64,000 bases of DNA, taken from the NCBI GenBank assembly GCA_035711865.1, contig DASTBT010000129.1:10343-74342 (forward strand). Direction: 5' to 3'. Below the pieces are notes generated by a model, which was given only the letters and a program-made list of their open reading frames with translations, had not been told where the DNA came from and searched no databases. The DNA is from Actinomycetota bacterium (GTDB lineage Bacteria > Actinomycetota > UBA4738 > HRBIN12). The translations under genes and the position numbers were made by a program. Of this stretch, positions 63,601-64,000 are shown in pieces (within the stretch, counting starts at the first letter, position 1; each line of letters begins with the position of its first letter).

Positions 63601-64000
63601 ATCAAGCTGGTCTGCGCGTTCGACCATCGCCACGTGTTCATCGATCCGGACCCCGATCCGGCGTCGTCGTCCGCCGAGCGCCAGCGATTGTTCTCGACGC
63701 CGGGTTCGACCTGGGCCGATTACGATCGGTCGTCGATGTCCGAAGGCGGCGACGTGCTCGATCGTGCCGCGAAGGCCGTCACCATCTCGGCTCGAGCACG
63801 TGCGGCGTTGGGCATCGCCGACGACGTGCCCGCGGAGATGACCCCGGCGGAGCTCATCCACCACGCGCTCCAGGCGCCCGTCGACCTGCTCTGGAACGGT
63901 GGCATCGGCACCTACGTCAAGGCGACCCGGGAGGGGCACACCGAGGTCGGTGACCGCGCGAACGATCAGGTGCGCGTGAACGGACAGGAAGTTCGAGCTC
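60601..64000 (+). CDS. gdh: NAD-specific glutamate dehydrogenase, large (about 1600 aa) type, 3'-truncated by window edge
   Basis: Frame is open from the stop at 60592-60594 to the window end. N-terminal [12 protein letters not shown] and [10 protein letters not shown] patterns, and catalytic [39 protein letters not shown]. Start is GTG 60601, GTG 60625 or ATG 60634. Confidence 0.9.
   Translation, partial: [1133 protein letters not shown]

Noticed and set aside
59518-63939. 1473-aa ORF on the minus strand, the second-longest in the track.
   Set aside because: It is the antisense shadow of the large NAD-glutamate dehydrogenase gene and of the secreted-protein gene on the plus strand. The product is an Arg/Asp/Gly/His-rich string with no motifs. 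The plus strand carries unmistakable GDH motifs in a frame that stays open to the window edge.
1-64000. Scan for tRNA, rRNA, transposase, integrase or prophage genes and inverted terminal repeats that would mark a mobile or accessory island.
   Set aside because: No T-arm-like GGTTCGAATCC-type sequences occur outside coding frames. No rRNA-like stretches. No ORF has recombinase or transposase motifs. The window reads as core chromosome with a few poorly characterised genes.

Overview
This is a gene-dense 64 kb segment of a high-GC chromosome that looks actinobacterial. The GC and taxon call are by eye: third codon positions are almost all G/C, and ATGA/GTGA start-stop overlaps are frequent. 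I support about 60 protein-coding genes. I saw no rRNA, tRNA, CRISPR array, transposase or integrase. Most long ORFs in the six-frame track are antisense or out-of-frame shadows of real genes, which is typical at this GC content.

Main blocks, left to right:
- A peptide-type ABC importer (substrate-binding protein plus two permeases, no ATPase), translationally coupled to an inositol-monophosphatase-family gene.
- A holin-like membrane protein, a NYN/OST-HTH protein and a HicB-like/DinB-like protein.
- A Tat-signal phosphoesterase.
- An amine/amide catabolic cluster: acyl-CoA dehydrogenase, amidohydrolase, EamA transporter, amine oxidase and amidase.
- A formate/nitrite transporter fused into an operon with an ABC-2 exporter.
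- ilvD and thrC, then cspA with a terminator, then lysS.
- A YciI gene overlapping an ECF42-type sigma factor gene.
- A long branched-chain amino-acid operon: promoter, leader peptide, attenuator, an unknown 122-aa ORF, ilvB, ilvN, ilvC, leuA, leuB, cimA and a GNAT acetyltransferase.
- Two PBP4-type carboxypeptidases, a membrane GAF-PAS-GGDEF-EAL protein, an aminotransferase and serC.
- A tandem-USP/Rieske fusion flanked by paralogous membrane proteins.
- An amidinotransferase, a degenerate-receiver/TM/Gly-repeat protein and an FN3 membrane protein.
- A homocysteine-methyltransferase/MTHFR fusion, a secreted protein, and the 5' two-thirds of a large NAD-glutamate dehydrogenase running off the right edge.

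Most notable non-routine observations:
- The ilv leader/attenuator and the unannotated ORF wedged between it and ilvB.
- Two independent tandem reiterations of stop-codon-containing 3' gene ends (21622-21696 and 44813-44871).
- The USP-USP-Rieske fusion, whose conserved N-terminus is only reachable from a CTG start.
- The pseudo-receiver membrane protein with perfect 18-nt repeats.
- The NYN-LOTUS gene paired with a HicB-like/DinB-like gene.

All functional calls rest on motif and family recognition by eye. No database search or folding computation was possible.
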